Shown here: piece after piece, positions 40,839-51,662 of the stretch
Position numbering within the stretch: position 1 is the first letter of the stretch
Layout: the number at the start of each line of letters is the position of its first letter
Source of the DNA: an uncultured Verrucomicrobiae bacterium
Lineage (GTDB): Bacteria; Chlamydiota; Chlamydiia; Chlamydiales; Rhabdochlamydiaceae
DNA: 64,000 nt
Direction: 5' to 3'
Assembly (NCBI GenBank): GCA_963806855.1
Contig: CAWDYW010000001.1
Location: 32,001 to 96,000, forward strand
The notes under the pieces: model-generated
What the model was told of the DNA's origin: nothing
Seen by the model: only the letters and a program-made list of their open reading frames with translations
Databases searched by the model: none
Made by a program: the position numbers and the translations under genes

Positions 40839-41670
40839 ACGAGGGCCGCTCTTTTTTTCCCGCTCTAATCAATTCTTCGCGAACTTTCGGCAATTGTTTT
40901 ATTTGCTCGCAAAGCTGCTCTTTACTGCGCGGATCAAAATAGAGAGCCGCATCGCCACACGCCTCCGGGATGCTCGCCGCATTTGAAGCGATAACGGGAC
41001 AGCCCAAATGCATCGCCTCTAGTGGAGGAAGCCCCCACCCTTCGTAAAGAGAGGGGAAGAGTAGAGCTTCTGCATTGAGGTAAAGCCAGACTAATTCTCC
41101 TGCAGAGACCGGATTAGAGGGGCCCACTTCGACTAAATAAATTCCGGCTTCAATCAATAGTTTTCTGTTTTTGTGTGGTTTGCCATTGCCTACATAGAGA
41201 AAAAATCGATCGGGCACTCCGGCAACCGGCACCGGGACCACATCGGAGAAATGGTCGCAGCCCGAATGGATTACGGTGATTTTTTCGGCGCTTTCGGGGA
41301 AATGATGGATCAGCCTTGCTCGAGAAAAATGGGAAACGGTAATCAGCCGATCGGCCTTGGCAATCGCCTGTCGCAAAACCGTTTTGAGATAAAGTCTCTT
41401 TGCCAAGGTCTGCGGATGATCGAGGTGGAAAAGGTCGTGAATCGTCACGACTCGGGCTGCTGCTCTGATAGGCAAAAGGGGCGCATTGAAATGGGGGGCC
41501 CAGTAGAGATCGGAGGCAGGGATCTTCAGAGGCAATTCGAATTGCTCTCGGATTGAATAGATGGGCGAGGAGATCTCGATCTGGTTGACAGTCAAATAGG
41601 GCAGCAGCTGGGAGATATACGTCCCAATGCCCCCCATGTTTTTCATCCGCGTGTCTACTACGATCTTCAT
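40756..41670 (-). CDS. Glycosyltransferase family 4 (mannosyltransferase-like)
   Basis: GIGTY, TIHDL, KPHKN, FPSLYEGWGLPPLEAM. Confidence 0.9.
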   Translation of the reverse strand: MKIVVDTRMKNMGGIGTYISQLLPYLTVNQIEISSPIYSIREQFELPLKIPASDLYWAPHFNAPLLPIRAAARVVTIHDLFHLDHPQTLAKRLYLKTVLRQAIAKADRLITVSHFSRARLIHHFPESAEKITVIHSGCDHFSDVVPVPVAGVPDRFFLYVGNGKPHKNRKLLIEAGIYLVEVGPSNPVSAGELVWLYLNAEALLFPSLYEGWGLPPLEAMHLGCPVIASNAASIPEACGDAALYFDPRSKEQLCEQIKQLPKVREELIRAGKKERPSFTWRQAAEKHLQVFESCGLFQQSHALQ

Positions 41671-42387
41671 ATTTGTAAAGCCGCTTTACTATCCGATATG
41701 ATCATTCCTTTCTCCATGGTCAGCACCCTTGAGCATAGTGAATTCACCATCTCTATCTGATGACTGACGAAAATCACTGTTCGTCCCTCTTTGGCGATCG
41801 TTTCCATTTTCTTCAAACATTTCATTTGAAATTCTTGATCTCCGACCGCCAGGATCTCATCGACAATTAATATTTCATTCCGCAAATAGGCCATCACTGA
41901 AAAAGCAAGGCGTAAAAACATCCCATTGGAATAGCGCTTTACCGGCACATCCAAGAACTCTTCCACCCCTGAAAAGGAGATAATCTCGTCGAAATGGCTC
42001 TTCACCTCTCGCCGATTCATCCCCAAGATTGCCCCAGCGAGAAAAATATTTTCGCGGCCGGTCAAATCGATATGAAAGCCTGTCCCCACTTCGAGCAGCG
42101 CCCCAACGCGGCCACACAGTTCGATTCTCCCTGTCGTGGGCCAAGTGACCCGGGCGAGGAGTTTGAGCAGCGTGCTTTTGCCCGAGCCATTGGGACCGAT
42201 AATCCCTACCGTCTCTCCCGCCTCGATCTCCAAGTCGATTTCTCTCAGGGCCCAAAATTCCTCGCGGCTTAAGCGGGCTCCCTTCAGCATGCTGCATCAG
42301 ATCGTCGCTCAATTGTCGATTGGAAAATTCCTGGACCTTTTCGATCTGATATTTTTTCCCGAGATTGATCGTTCGTATCGCTTTCAT
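41667..42387 (-). CDS. wzt: Polysaccharide ABC exporter ATP-binding subunit, frameshift near the 5' end
   Basis: MKAIRTINLGKKY start in another frame; GPNGSGKST, LTGRENI, YSNGMFLRLAFS, DEILAVGD. Confidence 0.9.
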
Positions 42388-43205
42388 CAGATAATATCGG
42401 CAAAGTGGTGTTCAATTTTTCTAAACACAATCGTCCCCACTGCAAGTAGCATCAGACTCGCAACCATCGCAATCCAGAAGGAATGCATCGGGAATGGAGA
42501 TTGGCCGAGGCAAGCCCATCGAAAAGCATCGATGATGCCAACCATCGGGTTGAGACAATAGATCGTTTGAAATGGCGCTGGGATTATTTTCGCAGAATAG
42601 ACGAGTGGCGAGGCATACATCCACAGCTGCAGCAGAAAGGGGACAATGTGCTTAAAGTCACGATAGTAGACGCACAGCGAAGAGAAAAGCAGATTGATGC
42701 CAGAAGAAAAAACAAATAGAAGCGCGATGCAAACAGGAAGAAAGAATAGATTTGTCGAGAGAGCATAGTGCTGCTGCACCATCAAGATCAGCAACATAGC
42801 CAAAGCAATTGCCAGATCGAGCACAACGCCAAAGGTTGCTGAGAGGGGGATAAAGATGCGGGGAAAATAGACTTTCGTAATCAGGCGAGAGTCGTTGATC
42901 AAGCTTGGATTCGCTCTCTGAAGCGCTTGAGAGAAGATCATCCAGGGAATTAGTCCACAAAAAGCAAACAGGATATAAGGATACCCTTCGCTCGGCAACT
43001 GCATCACATTTCCAAAAAGGGCGGTCAGCAGAATGGCAGTCAAAAGGGGCTGCAGAACCACCCACGCGACGCCAAAAAAGGTCTGCTTATAGCGCAATTT
43101 GATGTCGCGCACCATCAGCATACATAAGACCCATCGGAACTGGGCTAGCTCAGCAAAATCAATTTTAATCCAGGGTCTGTGGGCATCTATAAGAATCTTC
43201 TTCAC
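42387..43205 (-). CDS. wzm: Polysaccharide ABC exporter permease
   Basis: RDIKLRYKQT..G..W..LQPL, KVYFPR, YASPLVY, LNPM. Confidence 0.92.
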   Translation of the reverse strand: MKKILIDAHRPWIKIDFAELAQFRWVLCMLMVRDIKLRYKQTFFGVAWVVLQPLLTAILLTALFGNVMQLPSEGYPYILFAFCGLIPWMIFSQALQRANPSLINDSRLITKVYFPRIFIPLSATFGVVLDLAIALAMLLILMVQQHYALSTNLFFLPVCIALLFVFSSGINLLFSSLCVYYRDFKHIVPFLLQLWMYASPLVYSAKIIPAPFQTIYCLNPMVGIIDAFRWACLGQSPFPMHSFWIAMVASLMLLAVGTIVFRKIEHHFADII

Positions 43206-43286
43206 AGACTCACTATATATAGAGTTGTATTTTTACCCAGATTTTCCTATACTATTTGCCATTCAAAAAACCATGGAGGTAAAAAA

Positions 43287-43619
43287 ATGGAAATAGGTGC
43301 AGTTCGTCAAGAAAGTATGTTTACAACAGCTCTTCCCTATGGGCTAGGGATGCTCGGACTTGGCGTTGTCGGAGCCATTACGGCTGTTGCTGCGACATCG
43401 ACAATCGGTTTGATCATGGGGATCGCTTTGGGGATTCTTGGAGGCTATGGCTTCTTGGGTGTTATCTCTTGCGCTTGGACAAGCCGAGATTCACTCGAAT
43501 TTAACCAAAATATTTGGAAGCACATTGCTACAGCTGCCGGAACAGGCCTTTCAGAAATCATCGTCATGGTGGTCAAAGCGGTTGTCCTTGAGTTGATTTT
43601 TGGACGCAAACGTGCATAA
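43287..43619 (+). CDS. Small bilobed-hydrophobic (Inc-like) membrane protein, paralog 1
   Basis: MEIGAVRQES..., long hydrophobic hairpin, FNQNIWKHIAT. Confidence 0.7.
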   Translation: MEIGAVRQESMFTTALPYGLGMLGLGVVGAITAVAATSTIGLIMGIALGILGGYGFLGVISCAWTSRDSLEFNQNIWKHIATAAGTGLSEIIVMVVKAVVLELIFGRKRA

Positions 43620-43622
43620 CGA

Positions 43623-43707
43623 TTAGAGGTCGTCTTCCAACAATTCTAATCTCTGATATTGCTGCAGCTCATCTCTGAAATGGGCTGCATCTTCGAAGCG
43701 GAGCTCT
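43623..43707 (-). repeat. Orphan copy of the uvrB 3' end including a stop codon
   Basis: 43632-43707 is identical to 44141-44216 (76 bp); ends LEDDL* versus LEDNL*. Confidence 0.97.
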
Positions 43708-43785
43708 GTTGTAAGTTGCCTCTTCACGTTTAAGCTGAACTTGTCTATGCTTTGTACTTATTCACCAAACCTGGAGGTTTAAAAA

Positions 43786-44121
43786 ATGGAAATAGGCACA
43801 GTTCCTCAAGAAAGTATATTCGATACTGCACTTTGCCATGGTATACCGGCAGTTATAGTTGGATCTGTAGGAGCGGTTATTACTGCTGTTGCAGTTTCAC
43901 CAGTAGAATTAATCGTTGGAATAGCTTTAGGCATTTTGGGAGCATTTAGCTTCGTCGGAGTTCTCACTTGTTCTCTCGCTAACCGAAAAGTCGAAGATTT
44001 TAACCAAAATATTTGGAAGCATATCGCAACACATATTGGGATAGGAATCTCTTTTATCGCTTTTATTATAACAGCATCCTCTATAGGAAAAGCATCGCTC
44101 CTTTTATTCAAACCGATTTAG
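43786..44121 (+). CDS. Small bilobed-hydrophobic (Inc-like) membrane protein, paralog 2
   Basis: MEIGTVPQES..., FNQNIWKHIAT shared with paralog 1. Confidence 0.7.
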   Translation: MEIGTVPQESIFDTALCHGIPAVIVGSVGAVITAVAVSPVELIVGIALGILGAFSFVGVLTCSLANRKVEDFNQNIWKHIATHIGIGISFIAFIITASSIGKASLLLFKPI

Positions 44122-44131
44122 TGAATCCAAA

Positions 44132-46129
44132 TTACAAATTGTCTTCCAACAATTCTAATCTCTGATATTGCTGCAGCTCATCTCTGAAATGGGCTGCATC
44201 TTCGAAGCGGAGCTCTTTCGCCGCTCTTTTCATTTCGATTTCCAGTTCTCTGATCTTCTCGGCCACATCGGCTTTACTGAGATAGCTGGGCCCTTCTCCT
44301 TCTGCAGCGCGAGAGGTCGGTTCGATCTCTCCGAAGGTCTCTAGGAGGGTTTCGAGCTTTGCCCGTTTCACCGATTGGGGGATAATCCCATGCTGGGCGT
44401 TGTAGGCCTCTTGGACCAGCCGCCGCTCTTTGGTGATCTCCACGGCCCGATTGATCGATTTGGTCGCTCTATCGGCATACATGATGACTCGCCCCTCGAG
44501 GTTGCGGGCGGCCCGTCCACAGGTCTGGATGAGGGCTGTTTCACTGCGCAAAAATCCCTCTTTGTCGGCATCGAGAATCGCGACGAGCGATACTTCGGGA
44601 AGATCAAGCCCTTCGCGCAAGAGGTTAATTCCGACGAGGACATCGAAGAGTCCTTTGCGCAAGTCGCTCAAAATTTGGACCCGCTCGAGCGTGTCGATAT
44701 CAGAGTGGAGATATTTGGCTTTCACTCCAATTTCGGTCAGGTATTGTGTCAGGTCTTCGGCCAATTTTTTGGTGAGGACGGTGACGAGTACCCGCCCCCC
44801 TTTCTCGGTTTCGACACGGATCTCTTCAAGGCAATCGTCAACCTGATTGGTTGCCCCTTTGATGGTAATGTTGGGGTCGAGCAGTCCGGTTGGTCGAATG
44901 ATCTGCTGGACGATTTCCCCTTGCGCTTCTTGCACTTCCCAGGGGCCTGGGGTCGCTGAGACGTAGATCACTTGGTTGATCCGTTGATAGAACTCCTCAA
45001 ATTTGAGGGGGCGGTTGTCGTAGGCAGACGGAAGGCGGAACCCAAACTCGACGAGTGAATTCTTTCTGGCCCGGTCTCCATTGTACATGGCGTGCACTTG
45101 CGGCAAGCTCTGGTGCGATTCATCTACAAAGAGGAGGAAATTTTGGGGGAAATAATCGAGAAGACAGGGTGGAGGATCGCCGGCATTTCGTCCAGAAAAA
45201 TGGCGCGAATAGTTTTCGATCCCTTTGCAAAAACCCACTTCCCGCATCATTTCTAGATCATAGCTGGTCCGCTCTTTGATCCGCTGTCTCTCGAGCAGCT
45301 TTTCCTCCTTTTCAAAGTAGCCAACTCGCTCCTTCAGCTCCTCTCTAATCGTCTCGATAGCATGGAGGCGCACACCTTCAGGCGTTACGTGGTGCGAGCC
45401 AGGAAAAATCGCAATCTTATCGAGTCGATCGAGCACTTTGCCGGTGAGAGGATCGATCGCGCTGATCCGGTCGATCTCATCGCCAAAAAACTCGATCCGG
45501 TAGGCGAGCTTCTCCTCATAAGCGGGCATCACTTCGAGCACATCGCCGCGGGCCCGAAAGGTGGCGCGGGCCAGGTCGAAATCGTTGCGCTTGTAATGCA
45601 TCTCGACAAGATGGAGAAGCACCTCATCGCGCCGCTGCTTTTGACCCACTTCAAGATTGAGCTGCATTTTGCTGTAGTATTCAGGAAGTCCCAAGCCGTA
45701 GATGCAAGAGACCGAGGAGACGATGATCACATCTTCCCGCTCGATCAAGGAACGGGTCGCAGCTGAGGCGCATCCGGTCGATTTGGTCATTGATCGCAAG
45801 ATCTTTTTCGATGTAGGTATCGGTCCTTGGCAATATAGGCTTCCGGTTGATAGTAGTCGTAGTAGGAGACAAAATACTCGACGGCATTTTTGGGGAAAAA
45901 GGCTTTGAATTCCTGGTAGAGCTGCGCCGCGAGGGTCTTATTGTGGGCCAAAATCAAGCGCGGGCCGCTTGATTTGGGTGATCACATTGGCCATGGTGAA
46001 GGTCTTTCCGGAGCCGGTGATCCCCAAGAGCACCTGCGACTTTTTCTCCGCGCGGACTCCAGCGACCAGTTTTTTAATTGCTTCTGGTTGGTCTCCGCAC
46101 GGCTGAAACTCGGTCACTAATTCAAACAT
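44132..46129 (-). CDS. uvrB: Excinuclease ABC subunit B, apparent frameshifts in the 5' ~400 bp
   Basis: [52 protein letters not shown] tail. Confidence 0.96.
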
Positions 46130-47345
46130 TTGGCAAGTAGGGGGCTTTAAGCATATGGGAAATTTGAAAGAAGATAACCAGCAACGCAAAGAGGAAAATG
46201 ACAACCAAAAGGGGCTTGCCACCAAACACCTGATAGGGCGACTTGATCTGTTTTTTATATCTCCCTTTCCACACCATCATCACTGGCAAAATTCCAAATA
46301 GGAGCATGGTGCAAATCCCTCCAGCAAAATTCAATGCATCCAAAAAGATGTTCGGATAGATCATTGCGAGGGCCAAAGGAGGCAAGAGAGTCAGGACAAT
46401 TAGCCAAAATTCCTCATGCTTTTTATAACTCACTTTCATCCCATCGGCCAAGAAGTGGGAAAGGCTCAGCGCTTGGGCAAGGAAGGAGGTCAATATGGCG
46501 AAAAAAGCAAGCAGGCTGGCGAGGGTGCTGACCCAGCTTGCGCCTAAGATTCCGACGAGGGACTGAGAGGCCTCTCCTCCGGCGCGCATCGTATCGAGAA
46601 GTCCCGATTTCCCTTCGACAGGAACAATCCCAAGGACTAGCACCTGCCAAATCGAGTAGACAACAAGCGCGAAAAGCCCTCCAAGGATGATGCTTAGGCG
46701 CACCTTCTTCAAATTATTTTGGAAATAGTCGGTCAAGCTAGGAATCATATTGTGAAAGCCAAAGGCAATCACTAAAATTGGAAGGGCTAAAACGGTATAT
46801 TTAGCGTCCGAGCGGCTCAGAAGGGAGGGTTGGATATAGCTCACTCCAAACAAAATGAAGCCGATAAATACGGCAATTTTTCCCACCATCAAAACCCGAT
46901 TCCATAGATCGACCGGCCTTGTTCCTCTATAGACCACAAAGCCAAACAGAATCACAAAGAAAAGGCTGCCGACCCAATCTGGTACGCTTAAGGCAAAATA
47001 TTGCTTAAAGATCGTCGCGACAATTCCCCCAATCCCCGCAATATAGGCGACGAGAACGGAATAAAAGAGAAAGAGATAAAGGATCCAACAGGCAATTTTC
47101 CCTTTTTTCCCAAGGGTATGCCCCACCATCGTGATCAGATTGACCTTCTTTGAGAACCAACCGTTTGATTCGATCAGAAGAAGCCCTGTCGTTGTCATGA
47201 AGGCCCAAACGACTAAGAAGGCGACCATCGAAGGCCAAAATCCCGATAAACCGGTCATAATTGGCAATCCGAGCATCCCTGCTCCGATACAACTCCCCGC
47301 AATGAGGAGCATCCCTCCGAGGACCCCTACTTTACCTTTAGACAT
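46122..47345 (-). CDS. tyrP: Aromatic amino acid permease (TyrP/Mtr family)
   Basis: [36 protein letters not shown]. Confidence 0.88.
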   Translation of the reverse strand: MSKGKVGVLGGMLLIAGSCIGAGMLGLPIMTGLSGFWPSMVAFLVVWAFMTTTGLLLIESNGWFSKKVNLITMVGHTLGKKGKIACWILYLFLFYSVLVAYIAGIGGIVATIFKQYFALSVPDWVGSLFFVILFGFVVYRGTRPVDLWNRVLMVGKIAVFIGFILFGVSYIQPSLLSRSDAKYTVLALPILVIAFGFHNMIPSLTDYFQNNLKKVRLSIILGGLFALVVYSIWQVLVLGIVPVEGKSGLLDTMRAGGEASQSLVGILGASWVSTLASLLAFFAILTSFLAQALSLSHFLADGMKVSYKKHEEFWLIVLTLLPPLALAMIYPNIFLDALNFAGGICTMLLFGILPVMMVWKGRYKKQIKSPYQVFGGKPLLVVIFLFALLVIFFQISHMLKAPYLPNV

Positions 47346-48981
47346 ATTCTTTCCTTTTTTGAACAGTTCTAATTTCTTGTCCCAATCGTCCAAGCTGATA
47401 CCCATCAAAGTCGACAAATTTGAAATAGCGCTCAAATTGTGGACACGCTTTCGAAACTTGCTTGGCTAGCTCTTGCGCAATGTATCTGTAATTGGTGTGG
47501 CCAGCCGGCGAAGAGCGGAGCTCGCACAGCCATTGCAACGCCCTCAAATTGACGTGGAAATACCAGTGAATGTTGTATCCCATTGGAACCACATACTGCC
47601 CCTCTTCGGGCAGTTCTAATGAAATTTGTTCAAATGCCCGTTTTGCCTCGTCCATTGCTTCGCAATAGGGGGCTTCCATCGGAGTGTCGCGGAGTTCAGT
47701 CGGCACAAAGTAGCCCAAATCGCAACTCAGCAGCTGCCGCTCCTGCGTGAGCATCCGATGCCGCTGAAGATCGCGATAGACTCCAAAATCGGCCACCAGC
47801 TCAAAAGTGAAAGTCGCATGCTCAAGTGCCCGCGGCGATTTGTGGCGCCGATTTTCTCTGAAACTGCTTCCTGTCTCCAAAATCCGATTTAGATGCTCCT
47901 CAGGAAGGCTGCGGCAATAGGCTTGCAGCTCCATTAAACCTGAGTTGGAAAATTCAAACATCAGCGCAGCCGCCACCTTGCTCGGCGCATCGGGATCATA
48001 GGAGATTAACCGCACTCCCGGTGTGCTCATCGCAGGAATATTGGCGCTACACTCTTCGGAGAGCGCTCGCAATTCCCCTCGAAGCTGCTCTGTAAATTGG
48101 GTGAAAGTCTGCTGATATTTGTGATTGGGCTCAGCGCGTCGCACAAATGAGGGCATGATTTTAGAAAGTTCCTGGAACCCTTTTTTCCCGATGTCCTGCA
48201 TTTCCGCCAGATTGTGCCCATTGAGTTTTTGAAGCAGCCCCTCGAAGAATCGACCATTGCCAAAGACTCCCATATTGGTGAGCGCACTTGCGGGCAAAAG
48301 ACCCCTTAGGCAGTCGAGCACTTTCGCCCGAATCGCCGCAGTATAGGCGACGAGTGAGACATCTTGCTCTTTTGGAAATTTTTTCTCCATAATCAGCGTC
48401 ATCTGCGGGATCAGCGACGAGTAGGTCTCATAAAGTCGATTGCAAGTATGCACATAGAGCTCACGAAAAGCCGACGTCATCAAAATGGGCTCTCGGTAAT
48501 ACAGATATTCGCCTCCCACCTTCTGATCGAAATAGATATAGCGGGTCGACTTCTCTAGAGGCGAGCCTCCGATGCGGCAATCCTCGATCACTTTGGCAGC
48601 GAGCATCGACACATTTTCTAAAGCTAAATGGCCGCCGCCGAGCTCTCCAATCGAATCATCTCCATACCCATCAAGAATCCGATCATAAAAATTTTGAGCC
48701 TTTTTGATCGCCATGATCTGATCTTCAACATCCCGGTCATCGCTATCACTTTTCATCATCGAACTGACGATGGCGTTAAATGCGGTCTCTTCGCTCATGA
48801 TAAATTCTTTCAGCAGCAGCGAGCGGAGTCCCAAGCTGGAGCGTGAATAGCGTGAGAATAAAGCTCCCTTAATGACTTCCGGAAGGTTGCGCAAGCAAAA
48901 AATATTGCTCGTCGTATTTGTCACGTAACGATTTAAAATTTTGATTTGCTGCGGAGAAAACGTTTCATAATCTTCGATCAT
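47338..48981 (-). CDS. thyX: FAD-dependent thymidylate synthase, long chlamydial type
   Basis: LFSRYSRS, GYGDDSIGEL, EKSTRY, RDLQRHR, ELRS. Confidence 0.9.
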   Translation of the reverse strand: MIEDYETFSPQQIKILNRYVTNTTSNIFCLRNLPEVIKGALFSRYSRSSLGLRSLLLKEFIMSEETAFNAIVSSMMKSDSDDRDVEDQIMAIKKAQNFYDRILDGYGDDSIGELGGGHLALENVSMLAAKVIEDCRIGGSPLEKSTRYIYFDQKVGGEYLYYREPILMTSAFRELYVHTCNRLYETYSSLIPQMTLIMEKKFPKEQDVSLVAYTAAIRAKVLDCLRGLLPASALTNMGVFGNGRFFEGLLQKLNGHNLAEMQDIGKKGFQELSKIMPSFVRRAEPNHKYQQTFTQFTEQLRGELRALSEECSANIPAMSTPGVRLISYDPDAPSKVAAALMFEFSNSGLMELQAYCRSLPEEHLNRILETGSSFRENRRHKSPRALEHATFTFELVADFGVYRDLQRHRMLTQERQLLSCDLGYFVPTELRDTPMEAPYCEAMDEAKRAFEQISLELPEEGQYVVPMGYNIHWYFHVNLRALQWLCELRSSPAGHTNYRYIAQELAKQVSKACPQFERYFKFVDFDGYQLGRLGQEIRTVQKRKEYV

Positions 48982-49111
48982 AGCTATCCTATTGAGATGA
49001 AAATTCACTTAAGGGTGACATATTTTTTCTGCTAGATCAAGAGTAAAGTGAGATGAGGTTGATGATTACTGTTATCTGAGACTCCCAGTCTTTCGAGGCA
49101 TTAGACAACCA

Positions 49112-49196
49112 AACGATTGGAACGATACAACGATAAGAACGATAACGATTTTTTTCTTTTTTTTATCATTCTTATCGTTATATCGTTCACATCGTT
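49112..49196. repeat. Long hairpin built from AACGAT / ATCGTT units
   Basis: Five aacgat units face atcgtt units across a T-rich loop. Confidence 0.8.
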
Positions 49197-49255
49197 GTGC
49201 CCCTATTGTGACCATTATGCACTTTGCAGGCGTCCTGGATTCTGTGTATTTGCTT

Positions 49256-49338
49256 CATTTGACTCAAATTTTGACTCAGCATTCTTTTTTGAGTCAAATG
49301 ATTCAAATTGTCTTATTAAGATTTGAATCATTCGACTC
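49256..49338. repeat. Overlapping inverted repeats built from TGACTCAAA / TTTGAGTCA units
   Basis: 49256-49268 pairs with 49288-49300; 49291-49308 pairs with 49321-49338. Confidence 0.75.
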
Positions 49339-49394
49339 ATTGAAAATAGGGCTGATTCGAATTATTAACTTTATCCTTAAGCACTTAGGCCCAT

Positions 49395-51530
49395 TTAATC
49401 ATACCTCTCTTCATACAACGTCCAATAGAGGCTATTGCCGGTCTCGCCGATTGCACCGACATCACGCAACCAGGCCGACATCGCATAAGTGACAAAAGTG
49501 CGGCTACTTTTTTTCAGGAACATATCGAAGGGGATGATGAATGCAAAGCCTTTGTCAAAGTAGGTGTGACCATTGACATGATCATGCCCGTTTGTGAAGG
49601 TAGCCCATAGAGAGAATCGGGCGCCGCTGGGAAAATAGCGGGTCACTTCGATTCTTGCCCCTTTGTCTTTGGCCAAAAACTGCCCTACTTTGAGTTCGAA
49701 AAGGAGCTGAAGCGGTTTAAAATCGTAGTAAAGATTTAGAAAATATTGGAGACCGGTGTAGTGCTCCCATACCTCATGCCGGTGGTGATTAAACTTAGAG
49801 ACCTTGTCGGTAAAGCCAAGCCCATAGTATTTTCGTTTCCAGAGAACTGCCCCCTCAAGGCCGACTGCCCAATTCGATTGGACTGGATAGAGCAATAATT
49901 CGGTAGCTCCGCCCCCATAAGCGGGTTCAAAATAGCCAGCCGAGAGGCGATAGAACCACCCGCACCCCATGTTCCACGACCGCTGCAGGTAAAATTCATC
50001 AAGACGGAAGCGCCCTTCTTGGTAATACTTGACAGCATCGGTCCGGACATGGAGGAGCTCGGAGGGATTCAGTCGATCGCGGCTGGTCAGACCGTGCACA
50101 CTCGAATAGATCGAGTAGGAGCCTTGAAGATAATAAGTGAGCCCTTTTGGCAAAAACCCCTCGAGGGAGCCGGTCACGCCGAGGCTATATTTGTATTTTC
50201 CACTTGTCGCTCCAAAGAAAGAGATGAGGCGCGGGCTCAAGGTCAGAGTCCAAATCTCCCTTTTTCGGTCGAAGAGAGTTTGCACTTGATAGGGATCAAG
50301 AGCGCAGCCCGCTTCACACATCGGTGATAAAACTTCAAGTTCCCATGAGCTTAAACAACATTCTTGATAGCGCTGCAGATCGCAAGTGCGAAAGGAGTAG
50401 CTGTGGCTGGTCACCCCTTCGGCCTCAATCACCACTTTGATGCTGGTGATATTGGAAGGGGTCAGGGCTGCGAGGAGATCTTGAATCCGATCCCGGACGA
50501 CGGCCTCTTCTCGGTAACGATTGTTAACCACTTTTAGATGAAGCTCACGCCCACATTCAGAATCACAGAAAAGATAGGCCTCATAGAGATCGAGCCCCTG
50601 ATCGGCAAAGCTGCAAGCCAGATCACTGATAAATTCTTTCTCGGGCCGCACGGGACCGATCGGCTCGAGATCAACTGGACAGGTGTAGCTCTGCGGATCA
50701 TCCACTTTAGGAGCAAGGCCGGGCGATGAACCGAGCGGAAAGCGGATCGAGGCCGATCCGCCGATTTTTTCGCCCCGCACAGAGCTGATACTCAGTTGAA
50801 GGGTATCGCCGAGCAGATAAGAGACGCCCCCATTGATGCGCGAGGAGACATGCCGCCCTTTGAAATGCTCGCTATGATGCTTTTTGTAATTATTGGCATC
50901 GTATTCAGCAATGAGGGAAATATTTTTTAAAATGGGAATATCGGAGCAGCGAAATGGAGTCCAAACGGCACCACCGAAGAGCCCCTTGATGCGCCCCCAG
51001 CCCCATCCAAGTGAGAGTTCAAGGTTGTAATCATTCCAAGTTTTTGTTGCGACCACATAGTGGGAACTGAAGCGGCGCGTGCCAATTACATCGTCGAGAC
51101 CGAAGGCGATCGAGGGGAGGAAGGGGAAGTTATCTTCAGGGACTAAAATCCCAAATTTGACATTCCCAACGCGATCGGCATCATCGCCAAACCCTTCATG
51201 GCCAAAATTGGCCTCTTTGACTCCGCGGAAAACCCGATAGTTGGCCGAGAGCTCGATCCGGCTAAAGACCGCGAAATTGGCCCCGAAGACATAGTAAGGA
51301 GGGACCGAGGCAGCTCCAAAAGCGAAATCGCCCGATTTGGGAAAACGGGCCGATGGCATCGTGAAATAGCCCACAACAAAGGAATAATTATAAAAAAAGG
51401 GGAGCTCATCGCTCAGCTCACAATTGATTTCCTCAACCAGCTGCAGGTCTCGAAAGAGAGTACAGCAGTCATCCAGATCTGGATACAGCGATCCGGCGAT
51501 CAGAAGTGCTGATAAAAAAATTAATTTCAT
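49395..51530 (-). CDS. YjbH/GfcD-family outer-membrane protein, Cys-rich
   Basis: Signal peptide, GYFTMPSAR, GQFLAKDKG.R.EV.RYF.SG, FDKGF..IPFD. Confidence 0.8.
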   Translation of the reverse strand: MKLIFLSALLIAGSLYPDLDDCCTLFRDLQLVEEINCELSDELPFFYNYSFVVGYFTMPSARFPKSGDFAFGAASVPPYYVFGANFAVFSRIELSANYRVFRGVKEANFGHEGFGDDADRVGNVKFGILVPEDNFPFLPSIAFGLDDVIGTRRFSSHYVVATKTWNDYNLELSLGWGWGRIKGLFGGAVWTPFRCSDIPILKNISLIAEYDANNYKKHHSEHFKGRHVSSRINGGVSYLLGDTLQLSISSVRGEKIGGSASIRFPLGSSPGLAPKVDDPQSYTCPVDLEPIGPVRPEKEFISDLACSFADQGLDLYEAYLFCDSECGRELHLKVVNNRYREEAVVRDRIQDLLAALTPSNITSIKVVIEAEGVTSHSYSFRTCDLQRYQECCLSSWELEVLSPMCEAGCALDPYQVQTLFDRKREIWTLTLSPRLISFFGATSGKYKYSLGVTGSLEGFLPKGLTYYLQGSYSIYSSVHGLTSRDRLNPSELLHVRTDAVKYYQEGRFRLDEFYLQRSWNMGCGWFYRLSAGYFEPAYGGGATELLLYPVQSNWAVGLEGAVLWKRKYYGLGFTDKVSKFNHHRHEVWEHYTGLQYFLNLYYDFKPLQLLFELKVGQFLAKDKGARIEVTRYFPSGARFSLWATFTNGHDHVNGHTYFDKGFAFIIPFDMFLKKSSRTFVTYAMSAWLRDVGAIGETGNSLYWTLYEERYD

Positions 51531-51662
51531 TGGCGGCCATCGATTTTCAACGGTAAAGAGAAAATTTCTTTTTTTCAACAGGGGAAGCAATTGTTTTTAA
51601 TTTAGCCTCGCTCTATACTCCTTCACGTAGGGGCCAATATTGTAATAAAAAATTCGAGGATT

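Noticed and set aside
42280..42387. wzt frameshift as phase variation
   Set aside because: Cannot be separated from the assembly's background indel rate without reads
45750..46129. uvrB 5' frameshifts as real inactivation
   Set aside because: Same indel pattern as topA and wzt, with the rest of the gene intact
49112..49338. CRISPR array
   Set aside because: Units are 6-9 bp and inverted, with no unique spacers and no cas genes
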